Below the pieces are notes generated by a model, which had not been told where the DNA came from, searched no databases, and was given only the letters and a program-made list of their open reading frames with translations. A stretch of DNA of 32,000 nucleotides, from positions 3,960,001-3,992,000 of the forward strand of contig NZ_LN831024.1 of NCBI RefSeq assembly GCF_001457615.1. The letters run 5' to 3'. Of this stretch, positions 1 to 9,243 are shown piece after piece. The position numbers and the translations under genes were made by a program. The stretch's first letter is position 1; every line of letters begins with the position of its first letter. This stretch comes from Pseudomonas aeruginosa. GTDB lineage: Bacteria > Pseudomonadota > Gammaproteobacteria > Pseudomonadales > Pseudomonadaceae.

Positions 1-494
1 GGCGCCTCCAGTTCGTCGAGCGCCGCAGCGATTGCTTCGATGGTCGACAGCGCGCCCTCTCCCGGCGCCTTGCGCAGGCGATAACGCGACGCCATGCCTT
101 CGGCCAGGCTCACCCGCGGCAGGGCCGCCAGGGCCGGGTTCAGGTGCAGGAGCTTGCGCGCCTTGCGCCAGGTGCCGTCCGGCACCACCAGCAGGAGGGG
201 CTCGCCGGCGGCCTCGGCGGCCATCTCTGCCAGCGCACGCGCCTGCTCGCCGGGAAACAGCAGGCAGGCCCGGTAGCCCGGTACCCGCCAGGTCTCCTCG
301 GCGAAACGCTCGCCAACCCGCAGCTCCGCATTGCACAAGCCGAGGACGGCCAATCCTGCGGTATTCAACGCGTGCCCGACCTCGCTGGGGTGCTGCAGGA
401 CCAGCACCCGCGTACGCGACGGCAAGGAGGGAATCAGCGCGCAGAGGCAATGGCTGGCGGGGCGAGCGCAACGCTCGCAGCGGATACGTGGCAT
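1..494 (-). CDS. DTW-domain protein (tRNA-uridine aminocarboxypropyltransferase-like), partial, runs off left edge
   Basis: Minus-strand reading from CAT at 492-494 gives MPRIRCERCARPASHCLCALIPSLPSRTRVLVLQHPSEVGHALNTAGLAVLGLCNAELRVGERFAEETWR..., with the DTW-family CxxC...HCLC...LQHP.E..HALNT pattern. Not listed in the ORF track because it is open at the edge. Confidence 0.85.
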   Translation of the reverse strand, partial: MPRIRCERCARPASHCLCALIPSLPSRTRVLVLQHPSEVGHALNTAGLAVLGLCNAELRVGERFAEETWRVPGYRACLLFPGEQARALAEMAAEAAGEPLLLVVPDGTWRKARKLLHLNPALAALPRVSLAEGMASRYRLRKAPGEGALSTIEAIAAALDELEA

Positions 495-787
495 GGGACG
501 ACTCCTGGAAGGGGCCCAGTGTGCCACAGGCGGAGGGGCTTCCTCTCACTCGCAAAAACGTCATATTTCCGACGAATGGCGGTAATTTGTTTCACCCATT
601 AAGAATAACGACGAATTTTGTCGTTCGATGAAAAAATACAATCGTCCCACCCTCTCAACTCCCGCCCATCGGCGCCGAAGACAGGATGAGCCCCTCTCTC
701 TATCCAAGGATTTTTCTCATGTTCACTCGCAAGTACCGACAGATGAACGCCGACTTGCAACAGCAACTCGCCGCCGAGCGCCTGCAC

Positions 788-2041
788 ATGGCGGCCCTGG
801 ACCGCTCCATGGCGCGCGTGGAGTTCAATCCGGACGGCAATATCACCGATGCCAATGAGAATTTCCTGACCCTGCTGGGCTACCGCCGCGACGAGATCCT
901 CGGCAAACCGCATCGCCAGCTTTGCGACGGCGCCTACGCGCAATCGGAAGACTACCGGCGCTTCTGGGAACGCCTGCGGCGCGGCGAACACTTTTCCGGC
1001 CGCTGCAAGCGCATTACCCGCGAGGGCCGGCCACTCTGGCTGGAAGCCACCTACAACCCCGTACGCGACGGGCAGGGTCGACTGCTGAAGGTGGTCAAGT
1101 ACGCCAGCGACATCGATGCCATCGTCCACCAGGAACACGAGATGCAGAGCAAGCTGGATGCCCTGTCCCGCTCGATGGCGATGATCGAGTTCGACCTCGA
1201 CGGCAATGTCCTCGCGGCCAACGACAACTTCCTCGCCACCATGGGCTATGGCCGAGCCGAGCTGGCCAGCGCCAACCACCGTCAGTTCTGCGAACCGGGC
1301 TACCGCGACGGCCCGCAGTACGCCGACCTCTGGCGCCGCCTGAACCGCGGCGAGTACGTCACCGGGCAGTTCCGCCGGGTCCACCGCAACGGCCAGCCGG
1401 TCTGGCTGGAAGCCAGCTACAACCCGGTCTACGACGCCGACGGCAAGCTCTACAAGGTGGTCAAGTTCGCCAGCGATGTCAGCGACCGCATGCGCCGCTA
1501 CCAGGCCGAGGCGGACAACGCCCACCAGGCCCATACCCTGTCCACCGAGACCCGCACGGTCGCCGAACACGGCGCGCTGATCATCCAGAGCGCGGTGGAG
1601 GAAATGCTCAAGATCGCGAATACCCTGGATGCTTCCTCGCTGAACATCGGCGAACTGTCACAGCACTCGCAACAGATCACCTCGATCGTCAACACCATCC
1701 GCGAGATCGCCGAGCAGACCAACCTGCTCGCCCTCAATGCCGCCATCGAGGCCGCCCGCGCCGGCGACCAGGGTCGCGGCTTCGCCGTGGTGGCCGACGA
1801 GGTGCGGCAACTGGCGGAACGCACCAGCAAGTCGACCAAGGAGATCGCCGACATGATCGGTCGCATCCAGACCGGCACCCGCAGCGTCATCGACGACATG
1901 CAGCACAGCCAGGAACAGGCGCGGCGCGGCGTGGAGCTGGCCAACGAGGCCGGCGCGGCGATCCTCGGCATCCGCGAGAGCACGCACAAGGTGGTAGAAG
2001 CGGTGCAGCAGTTCTCGCGCACCCTCAACGCCGATCTCTAG
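788..2041 (+). CDS. bdlA: Biofilm dispersion protein BdlA: two tandem PAS domains plus a methyl-accepting chemotaxis signalling domain, no transmembrane segment
   Basis: ORF 686..2041. Tandem PAS repeats ([22 protein letters not shown] / [22 protein letters not shown]) and the MCP hairpin motif [43 protein letters not shown]. Start 788 gives 417 aa, but upstream in-frame starts exist at 719 and 743. Confidence 0.93.
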   Translation: MAALDRSMARVEFNPDGNITDANENFLTLLGYRRDEILGKPHRQLCDGAYAQSEDYRRFWERLRRGEHFSGRCKRITREGRPLWLEATYNPVRDGQGRLLKVVKYASDIDAIVHQEHEMQSKLDALSRSMAMIEFDLDGNVLAANDNFLATMGYGRAELASANHRQFCEPGYRDGPQYADLWRRLNRGEYVTGQFRRVHRNGQPVWLEASYNPVYDADGKLYKVVKFASDVSDRMRRYQAEADNAHQAHTLSTETRTVAEHGALIIQSAVEEMLKIANTLDASSLNIGELSQHSQQITSIVNTIREIAEQTNLLALNAAIEAARAGDQGRGFAVVADEVRQLAERTSKSTKEIADMIGRIQTGTRSVIDDMQHSQEQARRGVELANEAGAAILGIRESTHKVVEAVQQFSRTLNADL

Positions 2042-2044
2042 GGC

Positions 2045-2938
2045 TCAGGCCAGGCTCATCTGCGTCCGCAACTGGTCGCGGAAGGCCTGGATCAGCGGCT
2101 CGCGCGAGCGGCCGCGACGGAGGATCAGGGAGAATGGCGCCTGGTAGCCGAAGGTCGCCGGCAGCAGGGCGCGCAGGCGCCCCTGCTCGACCCACGGGTG
2201 GGCGTAGTGCTCCGGCAGGTAACCGATGTAGCCGCCGGAAAGGATCAGGATCAGTTGCGCCTCCATGCTCTCCACCGTTCCCGCGCTGTGCTTGAATCCG
2301 TGCCGGGCCAGCTCGGCCTGGCTCCAGTAGCCGCGGCCGACCATGCGTTGCTGGGTGATCAGATCGGCGGGAATTCTCCGCCCGTCGAACAGCGGATGCC
2401 GGTCGCTGCAGTACAGCCAGTGCTGTTCGCGGTACAGCGGCTGGTAGACCAGTCCGTTCATGCGACTGGAAAAGGCGCCGATAGCCAGGTCCTGGCGGTT
2501 CTCCAGCACGCTCAGTTGCAGTTCGTAGGGGCTCTGCACCAGCAGGTGCAGGTGAACCGCCGGGTGTTCGCGGCTGAAGGCGCCGATCACCTCGGCCAGC
2601 GGCAGCGCCGGGTCGCTCACCGTGGAATCGAGCACGCCGAGGTTCAGGGTGCCGCGCAGCTCGCCCTTCAACGCCAGCGCGTAGCGTTCGAAGCCTTCCA
2701 GTTCGCCGAGGATGCGCAAGGTTTCCTGGTGGAACAGCTCGCCCTTGCTGGTCAGGCTGAAGCCACCGCGGCCACGGTGGCAGAGCACGATGCCGAGCTG
2801 GTTCTCCAGTTGGCTCATGTAGGTGCTGATCGCCGAGGTCGACAGGTTCAACTCCTGCTGGGCGGCGGCGAAGCCCTGGTGGCGCACCACCGCGGCGAAG
2901 ATGCGCAACAGGCGCAGGTCGGGCAAGGCGTTGGACAC
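2045..2938 (-). CDS. gbuR: LysR-type transcriptional regulator of guanidinobutyrase
   Basis: N-terminal HTH DLRLLRIFAAVVRHQGFAAAQQELNLSTSAISTYMSQLENQLG; divergent from gbuA. A GTG start at 2938 is more plausible than the ORF-track start at 3124. Confidence 0.88.
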   Translation of the reverse strand: MSNALPDLRLLRIFAAVVRHQGFAAAQQELNLSTSAISTYMSQLENQLGIVLCHRGRGGFSLTSKGELFHQETLRILGELEGFERYALALKGELRGTLNLGVLDSTVSDPALPLAEVIGAFSREHPAVHLHLLVQSPYELQLSVLENRQDLAIGAFSSRMNGLVYQPLYREQHWLYCSDRHPLFDGRRIPADLITQQRMVGRGYWSQAELARHGFKHSAGTVESMEAQLILILSGGYIGYLPEHYAHPWVEQGRLRALLPATFGYQAPFSLILRRGRSREPLIQAFRDQLRTQMSLA

Positions 2939-3144
2939 GGCGACTCCGGTTTGCGGGCGAGGATTTCGGACAGCAGGCCGAGGCAAAGGCCGCCGTCCGG
3001 GCTCGGCGGCGAAGTCTAGCCGCTTCGCCGTTAGTTTAGAAATCTCTGAACTGATTATTTGTAGCCAGCGATTTGACTCGCTACCGGCTGTGAAGAGAAT
3101 CCGTCCGACCCCTAAAACAACCACAACGACCGTGAGGCCACCCC

Positions 3145-4104
3145 GTGGACAAGAATCTCCACCAGCCCCTGGGCGGCAATGAAATGCCCCGCTTCGGCGG
3201 CATCGCCACCATGATGCGCCTGCCCCATGTCCAGTCCCCCGCCGAACTCGACGCCCTCGATGCCGCCTTCGTCGGCGTGCCCCTCGACATCGGCACCTCC
3301 CTGCGCTCCGGTACCCGCTTCGGCCCCCGCGAGATCCGCGCCGAATCGGTGATGATCCGTCCCTACAACATGGCCACCGGCGCCGCCCCCTTCGACTCGC
3401 TGAACGTGGCGGACATCGGCGACGTCGCGATCAACACCTTCAACCTGCTGGAAGCCGTGCGCATCATCGAGCAGGAATACGACCGCATCCTCGGTCACGG
3501 CATCCTCCCGCTGACCCTCGGCGGCGACCACACCATCACCCTGCCGATCCTCCGCGCGATCAAGAAGAAGCACGGCAAGGTCGGCCTGGTCCACGTCGAC
3601 GCCCACGCCGACGTCAACGACCACATGTTCGGCGAGAAGATCGCCCACGGCACCACCTTCCGCCGCGCGGTGGAAGAAGACCTGCTGGATTGCGACCGTG
3701 TTGTGCAGATCGGCCTGCGCGCCCAGGGCTACACCGCCGAGGACTTCAACTGGAGCCGCAAGCAGGGCTTCCGCGTGGTGCAGGCCGAGGAGTGCTGGCA
3801 CAAGTCGCTGGAGCCGCTGATGGCCGAGGTCCGCGAGAAGGTCGGCGGCGGCCCCGTCTACCTGAGCTTCGACATCGACGGCATCGACCCGGCCTGGGCG
3901 CCCGGCACCGGCACCCCGGAAATCGGCGGCCTGACCACCATCCAGGCGATGGAAATCATCCGCGGCTGCCAGGGCCTGGACCTGATCGGCTGCGACCTGG
4001 TCGAAGTCTCGCCGCCCTACGACACCACCGGCAACACTTCGTTGCTGGGCGCCAATCTGCTCTATGAAATGCTCTGCGTCCTCCCGGGCGTGGCGCGTCG
4101 CTGA
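3145..4104 (+). CDS. gbuA: Guanidinobutyrase (ureohydrolase/arginase family)
   Basis: Ureohydrolase metal-binding motifs LGGDHTIT, HVDAHADVNDH and SFDIDGIDPAWAPGTGTPEIGG; GTG start; adjacent divergent LysR regulator. Confidence 0.95.
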   Translation: MDKNLHQPLGGNEMPRFGGIATMMRLPHVQSPAELDALDAAFVGVPLDIGTSLRSGTRFGPREIRAESVMIRPYNMATGAAPFDSLNVADIGDVAINTFNLLEAVRIIEQEYDRILGHGILPLTLGGDHTITLPILRAIKKKHGKVGLVHVDAHADVNDHMFGEKIAHGTTFRRAVEEDLLDCDRVVQIGLRAQGYTAEDFNWSRKQGFRVVQAEECWHKSLEPLMAEVREKVGGGPVYLSFDIDGIDPAWAPGTGTPEIGGLTTIQAMEIIRGCQGLDLIGCDLVEVSPPYDTTGNTSLLGANLLYEMLCVLPGVARR

Positions 4105-4118
4105 GCCGTAGCGCGACC

Positions 4119-4538
4119 ATGACCGACGACCGCGTCGAACAGGTGCTGGAGGCCGCCCGCCGACTGGTGGCGGCCTTCGCCCGCAACGATGCCGAGGCCT
4201 ATTTCGCCGCCTTCAGCGAGGACGCCAGCTTCATCTTCCACAACTGGCCTCAGCCGCTGCGCTCGCGCGCGGCCTACCGCAAGTTGTGGGAGCGCTGGCG
4301 ACGCGAGGACGGCTTCGAAGTGCTGGCGTGCGAATCCAGCAATACCTGCGTCAGCCTGCAAGGCGACCTGGCGATCTTCAGCCACGATGTCGCCACCCGG
4401 CTGCGCCTCCAGGGAACGGAAAGCCTGAACCGGGAACGGGAAACCATCCTGTTCCGCCTAGAACAACAAGAAGGCCGTTGGCTGGCCTGCCATGAGCACT
4501 TGTCGGCGATGCCGGAGTACCTGCCATCGACTAGCTAG
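4119..4538 (+). CDS. NTF2-like/SnoaL-like small protein of unknown function
   Basis: 139 aa, MTDDRVEQVLEAARRLVAAFARNDAEAYFAAFSEDASFIFHNWP... has the NTF2-fold pattern; 14 bp downstream of gbuA. Confidence 0.75.
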   Translation: MTDDRVEQVLEAARRLVAAFARNDAEAYFAAFSEDASFIFHNWPQPLRSRAAYRKLWERWRREDGFEVLACESSNTCVSLQGDLAIFSHDVATRLRLQGTESLNRERETILFRLEQQEGRWLACHEHLSAMPEYLPSTS

Positions 4539-4556
4539 CTCTCCCGGGAGAACGTC

Positions 4557-6068
4557 ATGGATAACAACAATAACCAACACGCAATCACACGCATCGAAAC
4601 CTTCGGGGTCGAACAGATTCCCGACCACGAACGCAACGCCACGCCGGTCGATCTGTTCCGCATGATCTTCGGCGGCGCCAATACCTTCGCCACCGCCGTG
4701 CTCGGCAGCTTTCCGGTGCTCTTCGGGCTGTCCTTCCAGGCCGGGCTGTGGGCGATCCTGCTGGGCGTCACGCTGGGCGCGCTGATCCTCGCCCCGATGG
4801 GCCTGTTCGGCCCGCTCAACGGCACCAACAACGCGGTCTCCTCCGGCGCGCACTTCGGCGTGCACGGGCGCATCGTCGGCTCCTTCCTCTCGCTGCTGAC
4901 CGCCATCGCCTTCTTCTCGCTCTCGGTGTGGAGTTCCGGCGATGCCCTGGTCGGCGGCGCCCGGCGCCTGGTCGGCCTGGAAGAGAGCGAACTGAACCTG
5001 GGCCTGGCCTACGGCCTGTTCGCCGTGCTGGTGCTGACCGTATGCATCTACGGCTTCCGCTTCATGCTGCTGGTCAACAGGATCGCCGTGTGGGCCGCCA
5101 GCCTGCTGTTCCTGCTCGGCCTGTTCGCCTTCGCCGGCCCCTTCGACGCCGCCTACGCCGGCAGCGTGCAGCTCGGCCAGCCGGGCTTCTGGGCCGCCTT
5201 CATCGGCGCCACCCTGCTGGCCATGAGCAACCCGATCTCCTTCGGCGCCTTCCTGGGCGACTGGGCCCGCTACATCCCGCGCCAGACCTCGCAGGCACGG
5301 ATCATGCTGGCGGTGATCGGCGCGCAGCTGGCGACCCTGGTTCCCTTCCTGTTCGGCCTCGCCACCGCGACCATCGTCGCCGTCCGCGCGCCGGACTACA
5401 TCGCTGCCAACAACTACGTCGGCGGCCTGCTGGCCATCGCTCCCGGCTGGTTCTTCCTGCCGGTATGCCTGATCGCGGTGATCGGCGGCATGTCCACCGG
5501 CACCACTTCGCTGTACGGCACCGGGCTGGACATGTCCAGCGTGTTCCCGCGCCTGCTCTCGCGGGTGCAGGCCACGGTGCTGATCGGGGTCGCCTCGATC
5601 GGCTTCATCTTCGTCGGCCGCTTCGCCTTCAACCTGGTGCAGAGCGTCTCTACCTTCGCCGTGCTGATCGTCACCTGCACCACCCCGTGGATGGTGATCA
5701 TGCTGATCGGCCTGCTGACCCGTCGCGGCTTCTACCGCCCGGACGACCTGCAGGTGTTCACCCGCGGCCAGCGCGGCGGCGCCTACTGGTTCGAGCACGG
5801 CTGGAACTGGCGCGGAATGGGTGCCTGGATTCCCAGCGCGGCAGCCGGCCTGGCCTTCGTCAACCTGCCGGGGCAATTCGTCGGTCCGCTCGGCGAACTG
5901 GCCGGCGGCATCGACCTCAGCCTGCCGGTCGCCCTCGGCCTGGCCGCCCTGCTCTACCTGGCACTGCTGCGCCTGTTCCCGGAACCGCCTTGCGTCTATG
6001 GCCCGCGAGGACCGCGCTGGGTGCGCGCGCACGGCACGCGGAGGGCACCGGCGATAGCCACCGCCTGA
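4557..6068 (+). CDS. NCS1-family (purine-cytosine permease-like) transporter
   Basis: 503 aa polytopic membrane protein: FRMIFGGANTFATAVLGSFPVLFGLSFQAGLWAILLG..., GLFGPLNGTNNAVSSGAHFGVHGRIVGSF. Confidence 0.87.
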   Translation: MDNNNNQHAITRIETFGVEQIPDHERNATPVDLFRMIFGGANTFATAVLGSFPVLFGLSFQAGLWAILLGVTLGALILAPMGLFGPLNGTNNAVSSGAHFGVHGRIVGSFLSLLTAIAFFSLSVWSSGDALVGGARRLVGLEESELNLGLAYGLFAVLVLTVCIYGFRFMLLVNRIAVWAASLLFLLGLFAFAGPFDAAYAGSVQLGQPGFWAAFIGATLLAMSNPISFGAFLGDWARYIPRQTSQARIMLAVIGAQLATLVPFLFGLATATIVAVRAPDYIAANNYVGGLLAIAPGWFFLPVCLIAVIGGMSTGTTSLYGTGLDMSSVFPRLLSRVQATVLIGVASIGFIFVGRFAFNLVQSVSTFAVLIVTCTTPWMVIMLIGLLTRRGFYRPDDLQVFTRGQRGGAYWFEHGWNWRGMGAWIPSAAAGLAFVNLPGQFVGPLGELAGGIDLSLPVALGLAALLYLALLRLFPEPPCVYGPRGPRWVRAHGTRRAPAIATA

Positions 6069-6161
6069 GGTGGGGTACACACACGGCGGGACGCCAGCGT
6101 CCCGCGCTTCCGGCGCCTCGCCGGATACAACAATGACAATGAGAAACTTGGGAGACCTGAT

Positions 6162-7553
6162 ATGGCCCTCGACATATTCGTCGTTCTGATCTACGCCGCG
6201 GGCATGATCGCGCTGGGCTGGTACGGCATGCGCCGCGCCAAGACCCGCGACGACTACCTGGTGGCCGGCCGCAACCTCGGCCCCGGCTTCTACCTGGGAA
6301 CCATGGCCGCCACCGTCCTCGGCGGCGCCTCCACCATCGGCACCGTGCGCCTGGGCTACGTCCATGGCATCTCCGGCTTCTGGCTGTGCGGCGCGATCGG
6401 CCTCGGCATCGTCGGCCTCAGCCTGTTCCTGGCCAAGCCGCTGCTGAAGCTGAAGATCTACACCGTCACCCAGGTCCTGGAGCGTCGCTACAACCCCGCC
6501 GCGCGCCACGCCAGCGCCCTGATCATGCTGGTCTACGCACTGATGATCGGCGCCACCTCGACCATCGCCATCGGCACCGTCATGCAGGTCCTGTTCGGCC
6601 TGCCGTTCTGGGTCTCGATCCTGATCGGCGGCGGCGTCGTGGTGCTCTACTCCACCATCGGCGGCATGTGGTCGCTGACCCTGACCGACATCGTGCAGTT
6701 CCTGATCATGACCGTCGGCCTGGTGTTCCTGCTGATGCCGCTGTCGATCAACGACGCCGGCGGCTGGGACGCCCTGGTAGCCAAGCTGCCGGCCAGCTAC
6801 TTCGACTTCACCGCGATCGGCTGGGACACCATCGTCACCTACTTCCTGATCTACTTCTTCGGCATCTTCATCGGCCAGGACATCTGGCAGCGGGTGTTCA
6901 CCGCCCGCAGCGAGACCGTGGCCAAGGTCGCCGGCTCCGCCGCCGGTATCTACTGCGTGCTCTACGGCATGGCCGGGGCGCTGATCGGGATGGCCGCCAA
7001 GGTCCTGCTGCCGGACCTGGAGAACGTCAACAACGCCTTCGCCAGTGTGGTCGAGCACAGCCTGCCGAACGGCATCCGCGGCCTGGTCATCGCCGCCGCC
7101 CTGGCGGCGCTGATGTCCACCGCCAGCGCCGGCCTGCTGGCGGCGTCCACCACCGTCACCCAGGACCTGCTGCCGCGCCTGCGACGCGGCCGCGGCCAGT
7201 CCGACAACGGCGACGTGCACGAGAACCGCATCGCGACCCTGCTGCTGGGCCTGGTAGTGCTCGGCATCGCCCTGGTGGTCAGCGACGTGATCAGCGCCCT
7301 GACCGTGGCCTACAACCTGCTGGTAGGCGGCATGCTGATCCCGCTGATCGGCGCGATCTACTGGAAGCGCGCCACCACCGCCGGCGCCATCACCAGCATG
7401 ACCCTGGGCTTCCTTACCGTGCTGGTGTTCATGATCAAGGATGGCCTCGACGCCAATACGCCGATCTACTACAGCCTGGCGGTCGGCCTGCTCAGCTTCG
7501 TCCTGGTCAGCCTGTTCTCGCGGCGCCCGACGGGTGTCGCCAGCGCCGCCTGA
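6162..7553 (+). CDS. Sodium:solute symporter (SSS) family transporter
   Basis: 463 aa: GWYGMRRAKTRDDYLVAGRNLGPGFYLGTMAATVLGGASTIGTVRLGYVHGISGFW..., GLVIAAALAALMSTASAGLLAASTTVTQDL typical of SSS. Confidence 0.92.
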   Translation: MALDIFVVLIYAAGMIALGWYGMRRAKTRDDYLVAGRNLGPGFYLGTMAATVLGGASTIGTVRLGYVHGISGFWLCGAIGLGIVGLSLFLAKPLLKLKIYTVTQVLERRYNPAARHASALIMLVYALMIGATSTIAIGTVMQVLFGLPFWVSILIGGGVVVLYSTIGGMWSLTLTDIVQFLIMTVGLVFLLMPLSINDAGGWDALVAKLPASYFDFTAIGWDTIVTYFLIYFFGIFIGQDIWQRVFTARSETVAKVAGSAAGIYCVLYGMAGALIGMAAKVLLPDLENVNNAFASVVEHSLPNGIRGLVIAAALAALMSTASAGLLAASTTVTQDLLPRLRRGRGQSDNGDVHENRIATLLLGLVVLGIALVVSDVISALTVAYNLLVGGMLIPLIGAIYWKRATTAGAITSMTLGFLTVLVFMIKDGLDANTPIYYSLAVGLLSFVLVSLFSRRPTGVASAA

Positions 7554-7628
7554 ACCAGGCACAACCCCGACAGGCGAGGGACTTTCCCTCGCCTTTTCCA
7601 TTCCCGAGAACATGAAAAAGGAACGGCC

Positions 7629-9230
7629 ATGACCACCTGCGGCGAATTCCTCGTCAAGCAACTCGAAGCCTGGGGCGTCGAGACCGTCTTCGGCATCCCC
7701 GGCGTGCATACCGTAGAGCTCTATCGCGGCCTGCCCGGCAGCCGTATCCGCCATGTCACCCCGCGCCACGAGCAGGGCGCCGGCTTCATGGCGGACGGCT
7801 ACGCACGGGTCACCGGCAGGCCCGGCGTGTGCTTCATCATCACCGGCCCGGGGATGACCAACATCCTCACCGCCATGGCCCAGGCCTACGCCGACTCGAT
7901 TCCGATGCTGGTGATCTCCAGCGTCAACGAACGCGCGCGCCTGGCCCACGGCAACGGCTACCTGCACGAGCTGCCGAACCAGCGCAACCTGGTAGGCAAC
8001 GTCTGCGCCTTCAGCCATACCCTGATGAGCGCCGAGGAGCTGCCGGCGGTGCTCGCCCGCGCCTTCGCCGTGTTCGACAGCGAGCGGCCGCGGCCGGTGC
8101 ACATCGAGCTGCCGCTCGACGTCATCACCGCGCCCGCCGAACACCTGGCCCTGCGCCCACGCACCGTCACCAGCCGCCCGGCGCCGGCCCTCGCGCCCTT
8201 GCGCGAGGCCGCGGCGCGCCTGCGCAACGCGAAGAAGCCACTGCTGCTGCTCGGCGGCGGCTGCGTCGACGCCGCCGCCGAAGCGCGTGCCCTGGCCGCC
8301 GCGCTGGACGCGCCGACCGCCCTGACGATCAACGCCAAGGGCCTGCTACCGGCCGACCACCCGCTGCTGCTGGGCAGCAACCAGTCCTGCGTGCCGGTAC
8401 GCGAGCTGGCCGCCGAGGCCGACGTGGTGCTGGCCATCGGCACCGAGCTGGGCGAAACCGACTACGACGTGGTGTTCGACGGCGGCTTCGCCCTCGATGG
8501 CGAGTTGATCCGCATCGACATCGACCCGCAGCAACTGATGCGCAACTACACGCCGAGCCTGGCCATCCACAGCGACGCCCGGCTGGCCATGCGCGTGCTG
8601 CTGGCCGAACTGCCGGGCGGCGAGGCCTCGCCGGACAGCCCCGGGGCCCGGCGCGCCGCCGCCGTGCGCCAGCGCCTGGCCGAAGACTTCGCCGGCTGGT
8701 CGCACTATCGCCAGCTGTTCGCCGCGATCCTGGCCGAGTGGCCGGACGCCCGCTTCGTCGGCGATTCGACCCAGACCGTCTACAGCGGCAACCACCTGGT
8801 CGATCTCGACGAGCCGCGCCGCTGGTTCAACGCCTCCACCGGCTACGGCACCCTCGGCTATGGCCTGCCCGCCGCCATCGGCGCCAAGCTCGGTGAGCCG
8901 GGACGCCCGGTGGTCAGCCTGATGGGCGATGGCGGCCTGCAGTTCACCCTGCCGGAACTGGCCAGCGCGGTGGAAGCCAAGGTCGGCATCGTCGTGCTGC
9001 TGTGGAACAACCACGGCTATGGCGAGATCAAGCGCTACATGGAGCGGCGCGAGATCACTCCGCTCGGGGTCGATATCTACACCCCGGACTTCCTCGCCAT
9101 CGCCCGCGGCTTCGGCTGCGCCGCCGAACGCGCGCGCGATCTCGAGCACCTGCGCGAACTGCTGCGCGGCGCCCCGGCGGACCGTCCGCTGATCGTCGAG
9201 GTGCTGCAAGCCGCGCCCTTCCATCCCTGA
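7629..9230 (+). CDS. Thiamine-diphosphate-dependent enzyme; likely 2-oxoacid decarboxylase (2-ketoarginine / 5-guanidino-2-oxopentanoate decarboxylase-like)
   Basis: 533 aa: GIPGVHTVELYRGL... RHEQGAGFMADGYARVTGRPGVC N-terminal PYR domain and ThDP motif GDGGLQFTLPELASAVEAKVGIVVLLWNNHGYGEI. Substrate inferred from genomic context. Confidence 0.85.
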   Translation: MTTCGEFLVKQLEAWGVETVFGIPGVHTVELYRGLPGSRIRHVTPRHEQGAGFMADGYARVTGRPGVCFIITGPGMTNILTAMAQAYADSIPMLVISSVNERARLAHGNGYLHELPNQRNLVGNVCAFSHTLMSAEELPAVLARAFAVFDSERPRPVHIELPLDVITAPAEHLALRPRTVTSRPAPALAPLREAAARLRNAKKPLLLLGGGCVDAAAEARALAAALDAPTALTINAKGLLPADHPLLLGSNQSCVPVRELAAEADVVLAIGTELGETDYDVVFDGGFALDGELIRIDIDPQQLMRNYTPSLAIHSDARLAMRVLLAELPGGEASPDSPGARRAAAVRQRLAEDFAGWSHYRQLFAAILAEWPDARFVGDSTQTVYSGNHLVDLDEPRRWFNASTGYGTLGYGLPAAIGAKLGEPGRPVVSLMGDGGLQFTLPELASAVEAKVGIVVLLWNNHGYGEIKRYMERREITPLGVDIYTPDFLAIARGFGCAAERARDLEHLRELLRGAPADRPLIVEVLQAAPFHP

Positions 9231-9243
9231 CCCGGAGCCCGCC

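Noticed and set aside
4539-4550. TCTCCCGGGAGA palindrome before the NCS1 permease start
   Set aside because: Short, and the 3' half is explained by the ribosome binding site (GGGAG); no additional structure supports a regulatory role.
4458-8144. 1228-aa minus-strand ORF antisense to the two transporters and the decarboxylase
   Set aside because: Its product is Gly/Ala/Asp/Gln/His-rich low-complexity sequence mirroring GC-rich codon usage of well-supported plus-strand genes. Typical spurious shadow ORF in a high-GC genome.
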